Positions 7,896 to 16,547 of a DNA stretch of 64,000 nucleotides are shown piece after piece. A model generated the notes under the pieces. It ran no database searches. It had not been told where the DNA came from and saw nothing but the letters and a program-made list of their open reading frames with translations. Source of the DNA: a virus (Duplodnaviria; Caudoviricetes); IMG/VR virus record IMGVR_UViG_3300032007_000061, positions 15,881 to 79,880 of that record. One strand, given 5' to 3'. A program made the translations under genes and the position numbers. Numbering within the stretch: position 1 is the first letter of the stretch; each line of letters begins with the position of its first letter.

Positions 7896-8450
7896 TCAAT
7901 ATATTTTACCGTGAAGCCTTGGTCTGTTCTGGTTGTACTTCATCTTAGTGTTGATGTGCCAGTCAAGATCAATGCAGAACTTGTTGGCCCAATACTTGCA
8001 ATACTGCAGTGTGGCATGACAGATGATAATCTCAGTCCAGCAGTGAGTGATGAGCGTGATAAGCTCGAATGTCTGTTCAGGGAATGTCCTGCAATCGTCT
8101 GGCAGCTCATCATTGGTCATGGTGCATCCAAGCATATCGTTCTCAGTCATGCCGGTCTCTCCCATGAAGTCGAAGATGCGGATGCAGATGTCTGCCAGCT
8201 CTTCTCCGATGGTGCCTTTTACATAGGCATCATATCGCTCATTGAAGTCTGGATGGACGTACTCGCGGCTCTCGAATGATTCACGGCCACAATCCGATGT
8301 CGGCCAGTGGTCTTTTCTGTGAGCCTCCATCAACTCGCAGACTTCTGAGATTACCAGCATGAGCCAGTGTTCGTTGCTTCTCTTTTCATCGTGAAAGCCA
8401 TGTTCGGTGGCTATCTGATGTGCTTTGTTAATGTTTTCTTGAATGTTCAT
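7896..8450 (-). CDS. MazG-like NTP pyrophosphohydrolase
   Basis: LMLVISEVCELMEAHRK and EELADICIRIFD all-alpha NTP-PPase motifs. Confidence 0.75.
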   Translation of the reverse strand: MNIQENINKAHQIATEHGFHDEKRSNEHWLMLVISEVCELMEAHRKDHWPTSDCGRESFESREYVHPDFNERYDAYVKGTIGEELADICIRIFDFMGETGMTENDMLGCTMTNDELPDDCRTFPEQTFELITLITHCWTEIIICHATLQYCKYWANKFCIDLDWHINTKMKYNQNRPRLHGKIY

Positions 8451-8455
8451 AAGTG

Positions 8456-8722
8456 TTAATCTTGAAATAAAGTGATGTCTTGTTCATGTGATATTGTTAC
8501 GACTGGCTGGTAGTTCGACAGCCATGCAGCCTCAATCATTTTCCCATTACACGGTTTGTATTTTTCAGCCACATCTAAGGGAATCGCTGTAAATGAGCCA
8601 TTCCAGTGTCTGAACACAACAGAGCCGTCTTGTATCTGGTCTATGTATTCAACCACTTCACCAGTTTCAGGAACTATATGAAGCGAGAGTTTTTGTTTCT
8701 TTGGTGGATCAAATTTTGCCAT
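8456..8722 (-). CDS. Hypothetical protein
   Basis: Operon packing. Confidence 0.7.
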   Translation of the reverse strand: MAKFDPPKKQKLSLHIVPETGEVVEYIDQIQDGSVVFRHWNGSFTAIPLDVAEKYKPCNGKMIEAAWLSNYQPVVTISHEQDITLFQD

Positions 8723-8837
8723 AATGTTCTTTACGATATTTTTCCATACGTTTAATAACTTCCCAAGTGAAGCTTATTTGGGCTGCCATCTTGCGAATGT
8801 TCTTGTTCTTGATTTTAGAGAGTTTATCCAGGTCCAT
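8709..8837 (-). CDS. Small hypothetical protein (42 aa, MDLDKLSKIKNKNIRKMAAQ...)
   Basis: Fills the gap and overlaps both neighbours; read by hand. Confidence 0.45.
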   Translation of the reverse strand: MDLDKLSKIKNKNIRKMAAQISFTWEVIKRMEKYRKEHYGKI

Positions 8838-9012
8838 CAGCCATCAGTTCTTTAAGTGAGCATTGTTCAAACAATTCCTCTTTCAATCTGGCAAACTTAC
8901 AGAACCTTACAATGGCATCAATCAGAAACCTGTCATCTGTCAATGCTATGAGGTGCTGGCCGTCCTTTGTAGTAACCAGAATCTGTGCTTTTTCAATGTC
9001 TCTGGAAGTCAT
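8824..9012 (-). CDS. Hypothetical protein
   Basis: Operon packing. Confidence 0.65.
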   Translation of the reverse strand: MTSRDIEKAQILVTTKDGQHLIALTDDRFLIDAIVRFCKFARLKEELFEQCSLKELMADGPG

Positions 9013-9514
9013 TGCCCATCAATTTTGGTAACTCATCTGATTCGCCAAACCTAAGAGCTGGAAATTGACCCTCAACAATCCATTGATGCAATACGTCCAT
9101 AAGCTCTTTTGTCATAAACTTGACGCACTCTACCATATATTTAGTGGCTTCATCACCATAGTTATCAAGTCGGCTAAATCTGACAATATCCCTGCATTGA
9201 TAAGCCATATTGTAGTAGTGCTCATTATACTTGAAATGCAAGAATATCATTGGAAACGGTTCCTGAGTTTGTGATCCAATCAGAATCTCAAAGAACCCAC
9301 CAGCACATTCATCCTGGCCAATTGTGAAGATGATGTTCTTGATAGCTGCCAGACGATAATGTTTTTGAAGATATTCGATATACTTGATTCGTTTTTCAGT
9401 GCCATTGATACCACATATACCAATGCAATTTTCTGGTGCGTAGTTTGTGGCAATGAAGAATCCGCGATTAGTCAATTCCTCACTTAGCGATTCATAAAAT
9501 TTACTTTCTATCAT
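8993..9514 (-). CDS. Hypothetical protein
   Basis: Operon packing; ATG 9514 preferred over TTG 9559. Confidence 0.65.
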   Translation of the reverse strand: MIESKFYESLSEELTNRGFFIATNYAPENCIGICGINGTEKRIKYIEYLQKHYRLAAIKNIIFTIGQDECAGGFFEILIGSQTQEPFPMIFLHFKYNEHYYNMAYQCRDIVRFSRLDNYGDEATKYMVECVKFMTKELMDVLHQWIVEGQFPALRFGESDELPKLMGNDFQRH

Positions 9515-9560
9515 AATTGCATCTTTGAGTTTGAAATTATCATATCGGAGGCAAAACACG

Positions 9561-9818
9561 CTATTTGTCGCCGATTTCTTCTTGTTTTACAAATTTCATT
9601 TCAATTCTCATACCCTCTCTGGTAAGTGATTCAAACGAGAGCTTCTTCTGTTCATCTTCTGGCAATTCCTTGTCAAGATACCAGTCGATAAGGACAAGAA
9701 TTTCGTTTTCAGTTATCTTCCGACGATCACTGGTCATCATGTTCGGGTTTTTCTTGCTTGTCTTTGCTATATAAGCATTGAACAAAGCTGGGCAAATTTT
9801 ATAATCTTTTGCTGCCAT
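9561..9818 (-). CDS. Hypothetical protein
   Basis: Start MAAKDYKI follows the stop of a small upstream ORF (9820-9927). Confidence 0.65.
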   Translation of the reverse strand: MAAKDYKICPALFNAYIAKTSKKNPNMMTSDRRKITENEILVLIDWYLDKELPEDEQKKLSFESLTREGMRIEMKFVKQEEIGDK

Positions 9819-9928
9819 ATTATATTTTCTCCTTTCTCCTGCATCTGTCTGCATAGTATTCAAGTGATTCGACCAATTGGCCATAACTCAGGTCTGGGAA
9901 CTCTCTTATGAGTTCTTTCAGTTGCATT

Positions 9929-10207
9929 TCAAATTCTTCTTGTCTGTTCATATTCTTTAATTGCTTCTACACCTTGTTTCGTCAAATAATAACCAGTGAA
10001 GTTCTTGTCGTAAGTAACAAGCCCTTTCTTTCTCAATTTACCAACCTGTGAACCAATCTGAAGCCAACCTTTTCTGGTGTAGGCCATGTGCTCGGTCTCA
10101 GGATTGCCACCCCACAGCTTCCAAGATAGCCACTTGGCACAAACACCGTCAAGGTAGGTTCCCTTCTCAATCGGTTTCAGGATTCTATATACGCTATCTG
10201 AAATCAT
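9929..10207 (-). CDS. Hypothetical protein, possibly winged-helix
   Basis: ATGA overlap; C-term GKLRKKGLV..YYLTKQG. Confidence 0.65.
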   Translation of the reverse strand: MISDSVYRILKPIEKGTYLDGVCAKWLSWKLWGGNPETEHMAYTRKGWLQIGSQVGKLRKKGLVTYDKNFTGYYLTKQGVEAIKEYEQTRRI

Positions 10208-11001
10208 TGCAGCAACTTAACTTGTGAATCAATGACTTTCTGGAGTAGTTCAGGCTCCTTGATGAAGCCCTTAATCTGCTCATTCATTTTGCAGATGGCG
10301 GTCAAGAGGTCACAGAAGAATTTTGCATTTTCCTCAGTATAGGCAATCTCCTTTCTGCCATCCATTCCAAAGCCATCCCAATTATTCTTGTTTGCATCAC
10401 GAATATCAAATGCTTTCAAAGTAAAGGCATTTAGACGTTTGCCATATTCACCAAGCTCTTCTATTTTTTGATAGTTCACAAACCAGTAGAATAGCTTTTC
10501 TTGACCACTCTTAAAACGAATGATTTGCTTATGAAACACTTGTGCATAAACATTGAAGCCAAATGAACCTTCTCCTTTGTCGGTTCCCTCAATCCAATTG
10601 GCATATCCGTTACCAGGACTTTCTTCTTTGGGAACATAATAACCATTCGGAACTGGAACACCACCGCCCATACAATAGCTGCAAGCAGTCCTAATCCTAT
10701 AAAGAATCACAAACTTATCTTCAATGATTTCGCCAGAGATAGCTTCTTCAAGAAGATTCTGAAAGTTCTTTTCAAGCTTCTCTAATGTGTCAGCATAAAA
10801 CGTACCAAGTTTCTTTGTGTGTCTATTGAACGTATTGCTTAAATCTACACCATAGTCAAGCAATGTTTTCATCTGATCAGCATCAAGTGAAAAATAGAAC
10901 TGACCATCTTTAGACACATTGACCTCAACTTCAAACCCAAGTCTTTGGGTGTGGTCAATACTGCTGCTGACAGATATTTTTCTTTTGCCTAATTTTGCCA
11001 T
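10204..11001 (-). CDS. Hypothetical protein
   Basis: 265-aa ORF in the operon. Confidence 0.8.
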   Translation of the reverse strand: MAKLGKRKISVSSSIDHTQRLGFEVEVNVSKDGQFYFSLDADQMKTLLDYGVDLSNTFNRHTKKLGTFYADTLEKLEKNFQNLLEEAISGEIIEDKFVILYRIRTACSYCMGGGVPVPNGYYVPKEESPGNGYANWIEGTDKGEGSFGFNVYAQVFHKQIIRFKSGQEKLFYWFVNYQKIEELGEYGKRLNAFTLKAFDIRDANKNNWDGFGMDGRKEIAYTEENAKFFCDLLTAICKMNEQIKGFIKEPELLQKVIDSQVKLLQ

Positions 11002-11003
11002 AA

Positions 11004-11327
11004 CTATTTCAGTTTCATTTGGAGATAACCTTGCTTTTGATACTTGGTAGCGTACTTATAGAAGAGGTCTGGATGGTCTGTCTTGAAATCACCAGAATTG
11101 AATTTATAGCCCTCAGACGGCGCAGTATAGATAGCTTGCGTGATGTCAGTCTTTACATTAGTCAGCTTCTCGGCAATCATCATGGCCATGATAGCGTCCT
11201 TGGCCTGCTTGACCTTTGCCTCTGCTTTCTGCTGCTCTTCAAATGCAGCGAGATATTCAGCTTCCAGTTTCAGATACCAGTCGGATACTGGAAGCTGCTG
11301 CTGTTCCTGCTTCTTAGCCATAGTCAA
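11004..11327 (-). CDS. Coiled-coil phage protein (FNSGDFKTDHPDLFYKY motif)
   Basis: Helical N-term; the motif resembles that of small recombination-associated phage proteins. Confidence 0.7.
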   Translation of the reverse strand: MTMAKKQEQQQLPVSDWYLKLEAEYLAAFEEQQKAEAKVKQAKDAIMAMMIAEKLTNVKTDITQAIYTAPSEGYKFNSGDFKTDHPDLFYKYATKYQKQGYLQMKLK

Positions 11328-11686
11328 TCAATTTTGGTGATAACAGACTGAACTTCGTATGGAGTATAGACGTACCGTGTTGACTTGGTGCCGTCTTTCT
11401 TGATAGCATAGATGGTTGGCCTAAAGCTTCCATCTTCCAGTATCTCAATGGTCTGATGGCCAATAATGCCATATTGTGTTTGAGCTGGAATGGTCTCACC
11501 CTTATTGCCCCAATGGTTGCTAACATATTCTGGTGTCTCAACCTTTACTTTGTCACCAGCCTTGTATGGGCAATGCTCATTGATATAGTCATATCTAAGC
11601 TTTGCCAACTCATGCTTTTTATCGTCGATGAGTTTTTTAAGCTCTTTTCTTTTTGCGATAAATTCTGTAATTTCCATAATTCTCAC
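11324..11686 (-). CDS. Hypothetical protein
   Basis: Operon packing. Confidence 0.75.
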   Translation of the reverse strand: MRIMEITEFIAKRKELKKLIDDKKHELAKLRYDYINEHCPYKAGDKVKVETPEYVSNHWGNKGETIPAQTQYGIIGHQTIEILEDGSFRPTIYAIKKDGTKSTRYVYTPYEVQSVITKID

Positions 11687-11700
11687 TTATAAGTTAAGTT

Positions 11701-11859
11701 TTACTTGTCGGACCAATAGCCCTCTCTTGTCTCAGGATCGCAGTTCTCCATCCACCAGTGGAAATTATCATGGACGTGCTGCCCTTCCCTGTAGCGGATG
11801 CAAGTGTCTTTCAGCAAGCAGTTCTTACCCTTGCAATAAGTTATATCGTCATTCGCCAT
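11701..11859 (-). CDS. Small Cys-rich protein (DITYCKGKNCLLKDTCIRY)
   Basis: Start overlaps the upstream stop; three Cys. Confidence 0.6.
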   Translation of the reverse strand: MANDDITYCKGKNCLLKDTCIRYREGQHVHDNFHWWMENCDPETREGYWSDK

Positions 11860-12205
11860 ATCTTGCAGATTCTTGTGATAGGTAGATAATCTTCTTATTC
11901 GCATATTTGGCAAAAGCGCGTTCTGTCAGTGCGCCCCTGCTGTTCATCCAGTCCTCGCCAATCATGGCAATAGCATCACACTTTGTCAGCATATACAGGT
12001 CGATACAAAGGCAAATCTCATACCCAAGCAAAGCAAACAGCCAGGGGAAACGGCAAAAGATGAATCTGGTAGGGTTCATCACCTTATAGCCATATTTCAG
12101 CAGCTGTTCCTCTGCCTCGGCGAACCGCTTCATATAGACCTTTCGTGACACTTTCTTCATTCGTCCAGAAAGATACACTTTCTTAGGCTTGTCGGTCTGT
12201 TCCAT
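11849..12205 (-). CDS. DUF4406-like (nucleoside deoxyribosyltransferase-like fold) protein
   Basis: KVYLSGRM..FAEAEEQL..GYKVMNP..CDAIAMI..W..SRGA..E. Confidence 0.75.
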   Translation of the reverse strand: MEQTDKPKKVYLSGRMKKVSRKVYMKRFAEAEEQLLKYGYKVMNPTRFIFCRFPWLFALLGYEICLCIDLYMLTKCDAIAMIGEDWMNSRGALTERAFAKYANKKIIYLSQESARYGE

Positions 12206-12362
12206 GATGCGTAATAATTGATAGTGCGATATACCATCGTAGCAGTTCAAAGCTGATGGTGTGATAGGTCTCATGTTTCTGGGTGTTCGTAATGCTCTTA
12301 TACATCAGACAAAACGGCAATACCCAGTATCTCAGCTTACCGCCGAAAAGTTCAAATTCCAT
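12183..12362 (-). CDS. Small hypothetical protein (59 aa, MEFELFGGKLRYW...)
   Basis: Fills the gap between two genes; read by hand. Confidence 0.45.
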   Translation of the reverse strand: MEFELFGGKLRYWVLPFCLMYKSITNTQKHETYHTISFELLRWYIALSIITHHGTDRQA

Positions 12363-12365
12363 AAG

Positions 12366-12917
12366 TTATTTCTGTTTGTTATCTTCTTGAATTTTCTTCC
12401 TTACGAGTGACCTCGCCTTGTTTTGCATAAGGCCATACATATTGTCGCAGGTCGTACCCCAAGCGTTCAGTTTCATGTAGCCGTCAGTCCTATCCAAGAA
12501 GTTCAATTTCTCCTTTACCTGCTTGGCCATCTTCTTCAACTCATCAAACTGAACCACCTCCAGAGATTTGCTGATTTTCTTCAAATTGTCGTTAATGTCA
12601 AGCACCCCACTCTCAATGATGTCGCAAGCCATGTAGATGGTGATATACAGCGTGTTCAATTGCTCGCGCTGGGCATCAGGCATTTCGACATCTTTCAGGT
12701 CGATTGTCTTGACAGTAACCTCATAATCACGTATAAAGACTTCGAATGACTTGCGTCTCAGCTGGTCAAGCTTCTGTTTCTCTTGCATACACTGGACGTA
12801 CTTGTTGGTACGCTGGTAGTTCTCGATGTTTTTCAGAAGTCTCTTGGCCTCTGGATGATTCCAGAATAATGAATCGAAAGCCTTTACATCGTCTGGATGG
12901 GCTTGCTCAATAGTCAT
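12366..12917 (-). CDS. Hypothetical protein
   Basis: 183-aa helical ORF in the operon. Confidence 0.8.
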   Translation of the reverse strand: MTIEQAHPDDVKAFDSLFWNHPEAKRLLKNIENYQRTNKYVQCMQEKQKLDQLRRKSFEVFIRDYEVTVKTIDLKDVEMPDAQREQLNTLYITIYMACDIIESGVLDINDNLKKISKSLEVVQFDELKKMAKQVKEKLNFLDRTDGYMKLNAWGTTCDNMYGLMQNKARSLVRKKIQEDNKQK

Positions 12918-13090
12918 AGGTCAGTATCTTTGAAAGTGATACGTTTCGGTGTGCCGTCTGGGTTCAGCACACTATCGTCATTAGGTTCAGTTTCGTCAAT
13001 CTTGCTGTTGCTTAATATTGCCAATGCAAACACACCGACAAACAATCCACAGACGCAACCGGCATAGAATGTAACGACATACCAAAACAT
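12914..13090 (-). CDS. Small membrane protein (58 aa, MFWYVVTFYAGCVCGLFVGVFALAILS...)
   Basis: N-terminal TM helix; stop overlaps the next ATG; read by hand. Confidence 0.6.
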   Translation of the reverse strand: MFWYVVTFYAGCVCGLFVGVFALAILSNSKIDETEPNDDSVLNPDGTPKRITFKDTDL

Positions 13091-13093
13091 AGG

Positions 13094-13339
13094 CTAATCG
13101 AAAATATGCCGTTGAACCTCGTCTATGATGTCCTGGGTGGTCTTGATTGCATCGGCAGCAGCATCAGTAATGGTAATGCTGAAATCCTTCTCCACGTCCA
13201 TTACAATCTGCACGATGTCAAGAGAATCGGCACCATAGCACTCTCTCAGATTAGCTTCCACGTCAATGCCAGCTTCGTCCTCACAAAGGTACTTGGCCAC
13301 TACTGGCACAACTTTCTTTTTGATTTCTTCTTGCGTCAT
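13094..13339 (-). CDS. acpP: Acyl carrier protein
   Basis: 81 aa, acidic, GADSLDIVQIVMDVEKDFSITI with the phosphopantetheine Ser in DSL. Confidence 0.9.
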   Translation of the reverse strand: MTQEEIKKKVVPVVAKYLCEDEAGIDVEANLRECYGADSLDIVQIVMDVEKDFSITITDAAADAIKTTQDIIDEVQRHIFD

Positions 13340-13402
13340 AATAATTCTGTTTTAAGAGTTAATACGAATATGCTTTCATCAAATTATTACGACATGGCCG
13401 AA

Positions 13403-13801
13403 CTATCGCTTATTCCCGAAGTCAGCCGGATTTTCACCTAATTTTTGATTATTCCAGTGCCTAATCTCGATTTTATCAACCCATAAGGCACAGGCTTTGA
13501 GATAGATTTCGGCTTTCTGCAGCAGCTTATTCCGCTTACCAGATGCCGTCCGTTTCGCCTTGAACCATGCTATTGCCGTTGTGCTGTCTGAGAAGATGAC
13601 CATTGGCTTGTGTTTGGTGCGAATGATGTACTTTGCAGCCTCCACAATTGCCAGGAACTCCCCGATGTTGACGGTCTGGTTGCCCAAGTCCTCATAGAAG
13701 ATATACTCACCAGTAGCGAGGTCAACCCCCTGAATTTCTGTCTTTCGGTTTTTCTGGGAATGTGCTGCATCCACCACTATACCCTGAGAATAGTCTATCA
13801 T
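13403..13801 (-). CDS. rnhA: Ribonuclease HI (Bacteroidetes type, catalytic domain only)
   Basis: VDAAHS, NIGEFLAIVEA, IFSDSTTAIAW, NPADFG. Confidence 0.85.
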   Translation of the reverse strand: MIDYSQGIVVDAAHSQKNRKTEIQGVDLATGEYIFYEDLGNQTVNIGEFLAIVEAAKYIIRTKHKPMVIFSDSTTAIAWFKAKRTASGKRNKLLQKAEIYLKACALWVDKIEIRHWNNQKLGENPADFGNKR

Positions 13802-13835
13802 AGCTTACGAATAAAAGCAGATTCCTACTCACAAC

Positions 13836-14330
13836 TTAAACTGATGGATGGTCGGCTTTCCAGTATGCAAGCACTATCTCAGCCGATTCCCTAAAGTCGG
13901 CAATGACCTGTTCTTGGTCCTTGATGTCTATGCGTCTTGCAAGTGTCTGGATGATGCCGTCAATCGAGCGTCTGTTCTCCAGCTTGCTATCAGGCTCATA
14001 GGTTATCAGCTTGTGGCCGAACTTCACTTCCACTGCATACCTGGTGTCATCAATAATCGTCTCAATGGTAGCAGCAAACTTCACAGGCTCCGCGCTAATG
14101 GCTACGAAACCCATACATTCTTTCATCGGAACAAGTGTTGTGTTGTAAAGCACATTCTCCAAAAGCGTCTCTGCCACTCCAGCGTCGGCCAGCACGATCT
14201 TCTTCTTGCAACCGTCACTTTCGTGGCAACCCTTCCACGAGCCGTTTTCCTTTCTCACATACGAAACAAATGCAACTTTGTCTCGCTCACTTCTCTGAAA
14301 CTTCAAATACGTCTTAATTCTCTTCGACAT
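13836..14330 (-). CDS. Hypothetical protein
   Basis: Own upstream CACTATAAT motif (14386-14394). Confidence 0.8.
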   Translation of the reverse strand: MSKRIKTYLKFQRSERDKVAFVSYVRKENGSWKGCHESDGCKKKIVLADAGVAETLLENVLYNTTLVPMKECMGFVAISAEPVKFAATIETIIDDTRYAVEVKFGHKLITYEPDSKLENRRSIDGIIQTLARRIDIKDQEQVIADFRESAEIVLAYWKADHPSV

Positions 14331-14365
14331 AATAATCTGATTTTAATCATTTGTAATAGCATAAG

Positions 14366-14399
14366 AAAACCCCACACTACATTGAATTATAGTGTGGGG
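14366..14399 (-). terminator. Terminator hairpin overlapping a CACTATAAT motif
   Basis: CCCCACACTA/TAGTGTGGGG stem with a T tail on the minus strand; ATTATAGTG at 14386-14394. Confidence 0.6.
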
Positions 14400-14441
14400 C
14401 AGTCCAGTAGGGTTAGAACCCGAATAGAATTTTATCAAAAT

Positions 14442-14744
14442 TTAATAGTCCATCAGCTTGTCTCGCTCAATAGCTTCGGGGTCTGGGATGATGAACTTAC
14501 CATGCTTTCCCCTCTGCTTGATGATTTGCACACTCGCATAACCAAGCCCTCTTGCAAGGCTTATCATGCCGGTCTCGGTAATGCTGATGGTTCCAGTAAG
14601 GTCTCCGTTGTCGGGTGTGGCAAAACGATAGGTGTTCTGCCCATCGTCAACGGCTACGGGATTCAGTCGCACGGCAATGAAGTCATGCGGGCTGTCTTGC
14701 CAGATATAACGGCATAGCTTTTCGAAATCTGTTTTGTTGTTCAT
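14442..14744 (-). CDS. Hypothetical protein
   Basis: Start MNNKTDF lies downstream of the previous gene's stop. Confidence 0.65.
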   Translation of the reverse strand: MNNKTDFEKLCRYIWQDSPHDFIAVRLNPVAVDDGQNTYRFATPDNGDLTGTISITETGMISLARGLGYASVQIIKQRGKHGKFIIPDPEAIERDKLMDY

Positions 14745-14766
14745 AGGAAATCTGCCTTTAATCAAA

Positions 14767-15168
14767 CTATAGTTCCAAAGTGTCTGCGTGGCAGCTGGAA
14801 CATAGCCCTCCAGTACGCTCGTAGGTCTTGCCGCTAACTCTCTGTCCGCACACCTTGCAGAAGTGCATGGTCTTGTTGTTCCTGCCATGCAGGATTGAGT
14901 TCAGCGTCTGCCTGCTGATGTTGTACTCTTGCTGGATGGCTTTCATCACCTCTGGGAAGGTGTATGCCTTGTTCTGTGCCACGAGGTATTTGCACCCCCT
15001 CGTAAGCTTGTCGTAATCATAGCGTACAAGGGTGTCTCGCATGAACTCGGTATTGAGAAGCCTCTGGTCGTTCAGCTTTCTCAGTGTCATTACGTCCACA
15101 TCGAAAATCTGGGAGGCTTTCATAATGTCCTGTTCACGCAGGATATATTTAATTTTTGGTGCTTCCAT
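14767..15168 (-). CDS. Putative DNA-binding protein (HTH-like + C-terminal CxxC..CxxC)
   Basis: IQQEYNISRQTLNSILHG; CKVCG..CSSCH. Confidence 0.7.
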   Translation of the reverse strand: MEAPKIKYILREQDIMKASQIFDVDVMTLRKLNDQRLLNTEFMRDTLVRYDYDKLTRGCKYLVAQNKAYTFPEVMKAIQQEYNISRQTLNSILHGRNNKTMHFCKVCGQRVSGKTYERTGGLCSSCHADTLEL

Positions 15169-15487
15169 CAGCTACTTCCTTAACCTTGAACTCCATGACG
15201 ATGTTTGCTCGGTCAGACACTTCCTTGATTTTCTGATAGGACTTTTCGAGCATGAGAAGCATAATACGGTTGCTGTCCTCATGGCTCATGTTCTCCCATC
15301 CGATCTTCAATTCCTCTGCCAGTTGTTTGGCCAGCGGATAGAAATGCTCGTCAGGCTCCAGCTCATTCACGTCATAAATGCTCTCGTCTGGGTCAGCGAA
15401 GAGGAACTTCGACAGAGCGAGATATTCCTGCAGCGCATCGACCATCAGTTGAGTCGGTCTTTCTGTATTGCTTTTCTTCTTTGCCAT
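15149..15487 (-). CDS. Hypothetical protein
   Basis: CACTATAAT motif at 15507-15515 upstream. Confidence 0.8.
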   Translation of the reverse strand: MAKKKSNTERPTQLMVDALQEYLALSKFLFADPDESIYDVNELEPDEHFYPLAKQLAEELKIGWENMSHEDSNRIMLLMLEKSYQKIKEVSDRANIVMEFKVKEVADGSTKN

Positions 15488-15580
15488 TTTGTAATCTCCT
15501 TTTAATATTATAGTGCAAAACTTCCATTTCGATTTACTAAAAAAGAATAAAAGTGTGCATTACAAAACAAAATGGCTGGA

Positions 15581-15991
15581 CTACTCCAGCCACTTGTGTC
15601 TATCAGAGAGTTTGATTGAACAATGGAAATAACTGAGGATAGCCAACAATGTGTCAATGGATAGCAGGGCTTGTCCGTCCTTTGGCTTGGTATATCTGAT
15701 ACCTATCCTGGGATTCAGGTCTTTCAGCTCCATGCCATTGTTATGCAGCAGCTGTTCTATCAGTTCATGGCAATCGTCAACAGAGCCAACCCTATAATGC
15801 TCGTCAATGTTGTAATCCCATACGAAAACACTACAATTGAGCGCATCGGTATAAAGAAACAGGCTTGTCACTGAATACGATGACTTACCAGCTTCAATGG
15901 ACTGGATGACGTAGGCACTCAGTTTGTCGCTCTTGATGTCCTTGCCGTCCCTGATGTCGGCCAGCTTCTTTCCAAGTTCAATTCTGTTCAT
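15581..15991 (-). CDS. XRE-like HTH protein (two degenerate HTH units)
   Basis: ELGKKLADIR..IQSIEAGKSSYSVTSL; second unit ..LSIDTLLAIL. Confidence 0.55.
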   Translation of the reverse strand: MNRIELGKKLADIRDGKDIKSDKLSAYVIQSIEAGKSSYSVTSLFLYTDALNCSVFVWDYNIDEHYRVGSVDDCHELIEQLLHNNGMELKDLNPRIGIRYTKPKDGQALLSIDTLLAILSYFHCSIKLSDRHKWLE

Positions 15992-15992
15992 A

Positions 15993-16337
15993 TCACCTAT
16001 TGATGGCTTTCTGGATGGATTTGACTGCTGAATTGACATCGCCCTTGACCTCACGATACTCCTTATACTCATCCTTGTACTCAGATAGCGCAGTTTCAAG
16101 GTCAGCAGAAGCATCGTACAGATCATTGACATTCTCACCCATATCGTCGGCTCGCTGGGATAGTGCAAGATTCTCTGAAAGCGCATCCAGCGCATCCTGC
16201 TCTTCATCAGCTATCATTTCCACTTCATTCTGTGAATCAGAAAGCGTGGTCTCGATCTTTTGTCTTGGCTGCTCATCGGAAAGTTTCTCCAATGAGCCAA
16301 CCACTTTGGTCAGCCTTTTTCTCCTGTTTTTGTTCAT
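15993..16337 (-). CDS. Acidic coiled-coil hypothetical protein
   Basis: MNKNRRKRL start; TAnnTTTG promoter at 16357-16364. Confidence 0.75.
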   Translation of the reverse strand: MNKNRRKRLTKVVGSLEKLSDEQPRQKIETTLSDSQNEVEMIADEEQDALDALSENLALSQRADDMGENVNDLYDASADLETALSEYKDEYKEYREVKGDVNSAVKSIQKAINR

Positions 16338-16356
16338 AATAGTCTTTTCATACCTG

Positions 16357-16364
16357 CAAAGATA
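16357..16364 (-). promoter_or_regulatory. Bacteroidetes -7 promoter element
   Basis: TATCTTTG on the minus strand, 20 nt upstream of the ATG. Confidence 0.6.
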
Positions 16365-16404
16365 AATAATTTTAATTAAATAAAGCGATTAGTTCAATTA
16401 AATT

Positions 16405-16542
16405 TTAGTTTAATTGTGATTTGAGAGCGTTCATCCGATTGAAATGCACTGCATCCCTATCGAAATAACGAAGGTCATTGCCACAGCAGCGGCACACGTG
16501 TTCGCCAACCAGATTGGCTGGTGTAGAATACAAATTGCTCAT
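16405..16542 (-). CDS. Small CxxC protein (45 aa)
   Basis: MSNLYSTPANLVGEHVCRCCG...; read by hand. Confidence 0.4.
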   Translation of the reverse strand: MSNLYSTPANLVGEHVCRCCGNDLRYFDRDAVHFNRMNALKSQLN

Positions 16543-16547
16543 AATGG

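Noticed and set aside
7896-8450. Modified-base (e.g. 2-aminoadenine) pathway suggested by the NTP pyrophosphohydrolase
   Set aside because: No purZ, datZ, phage DNA polymerase or base-modifying transferase in the window.
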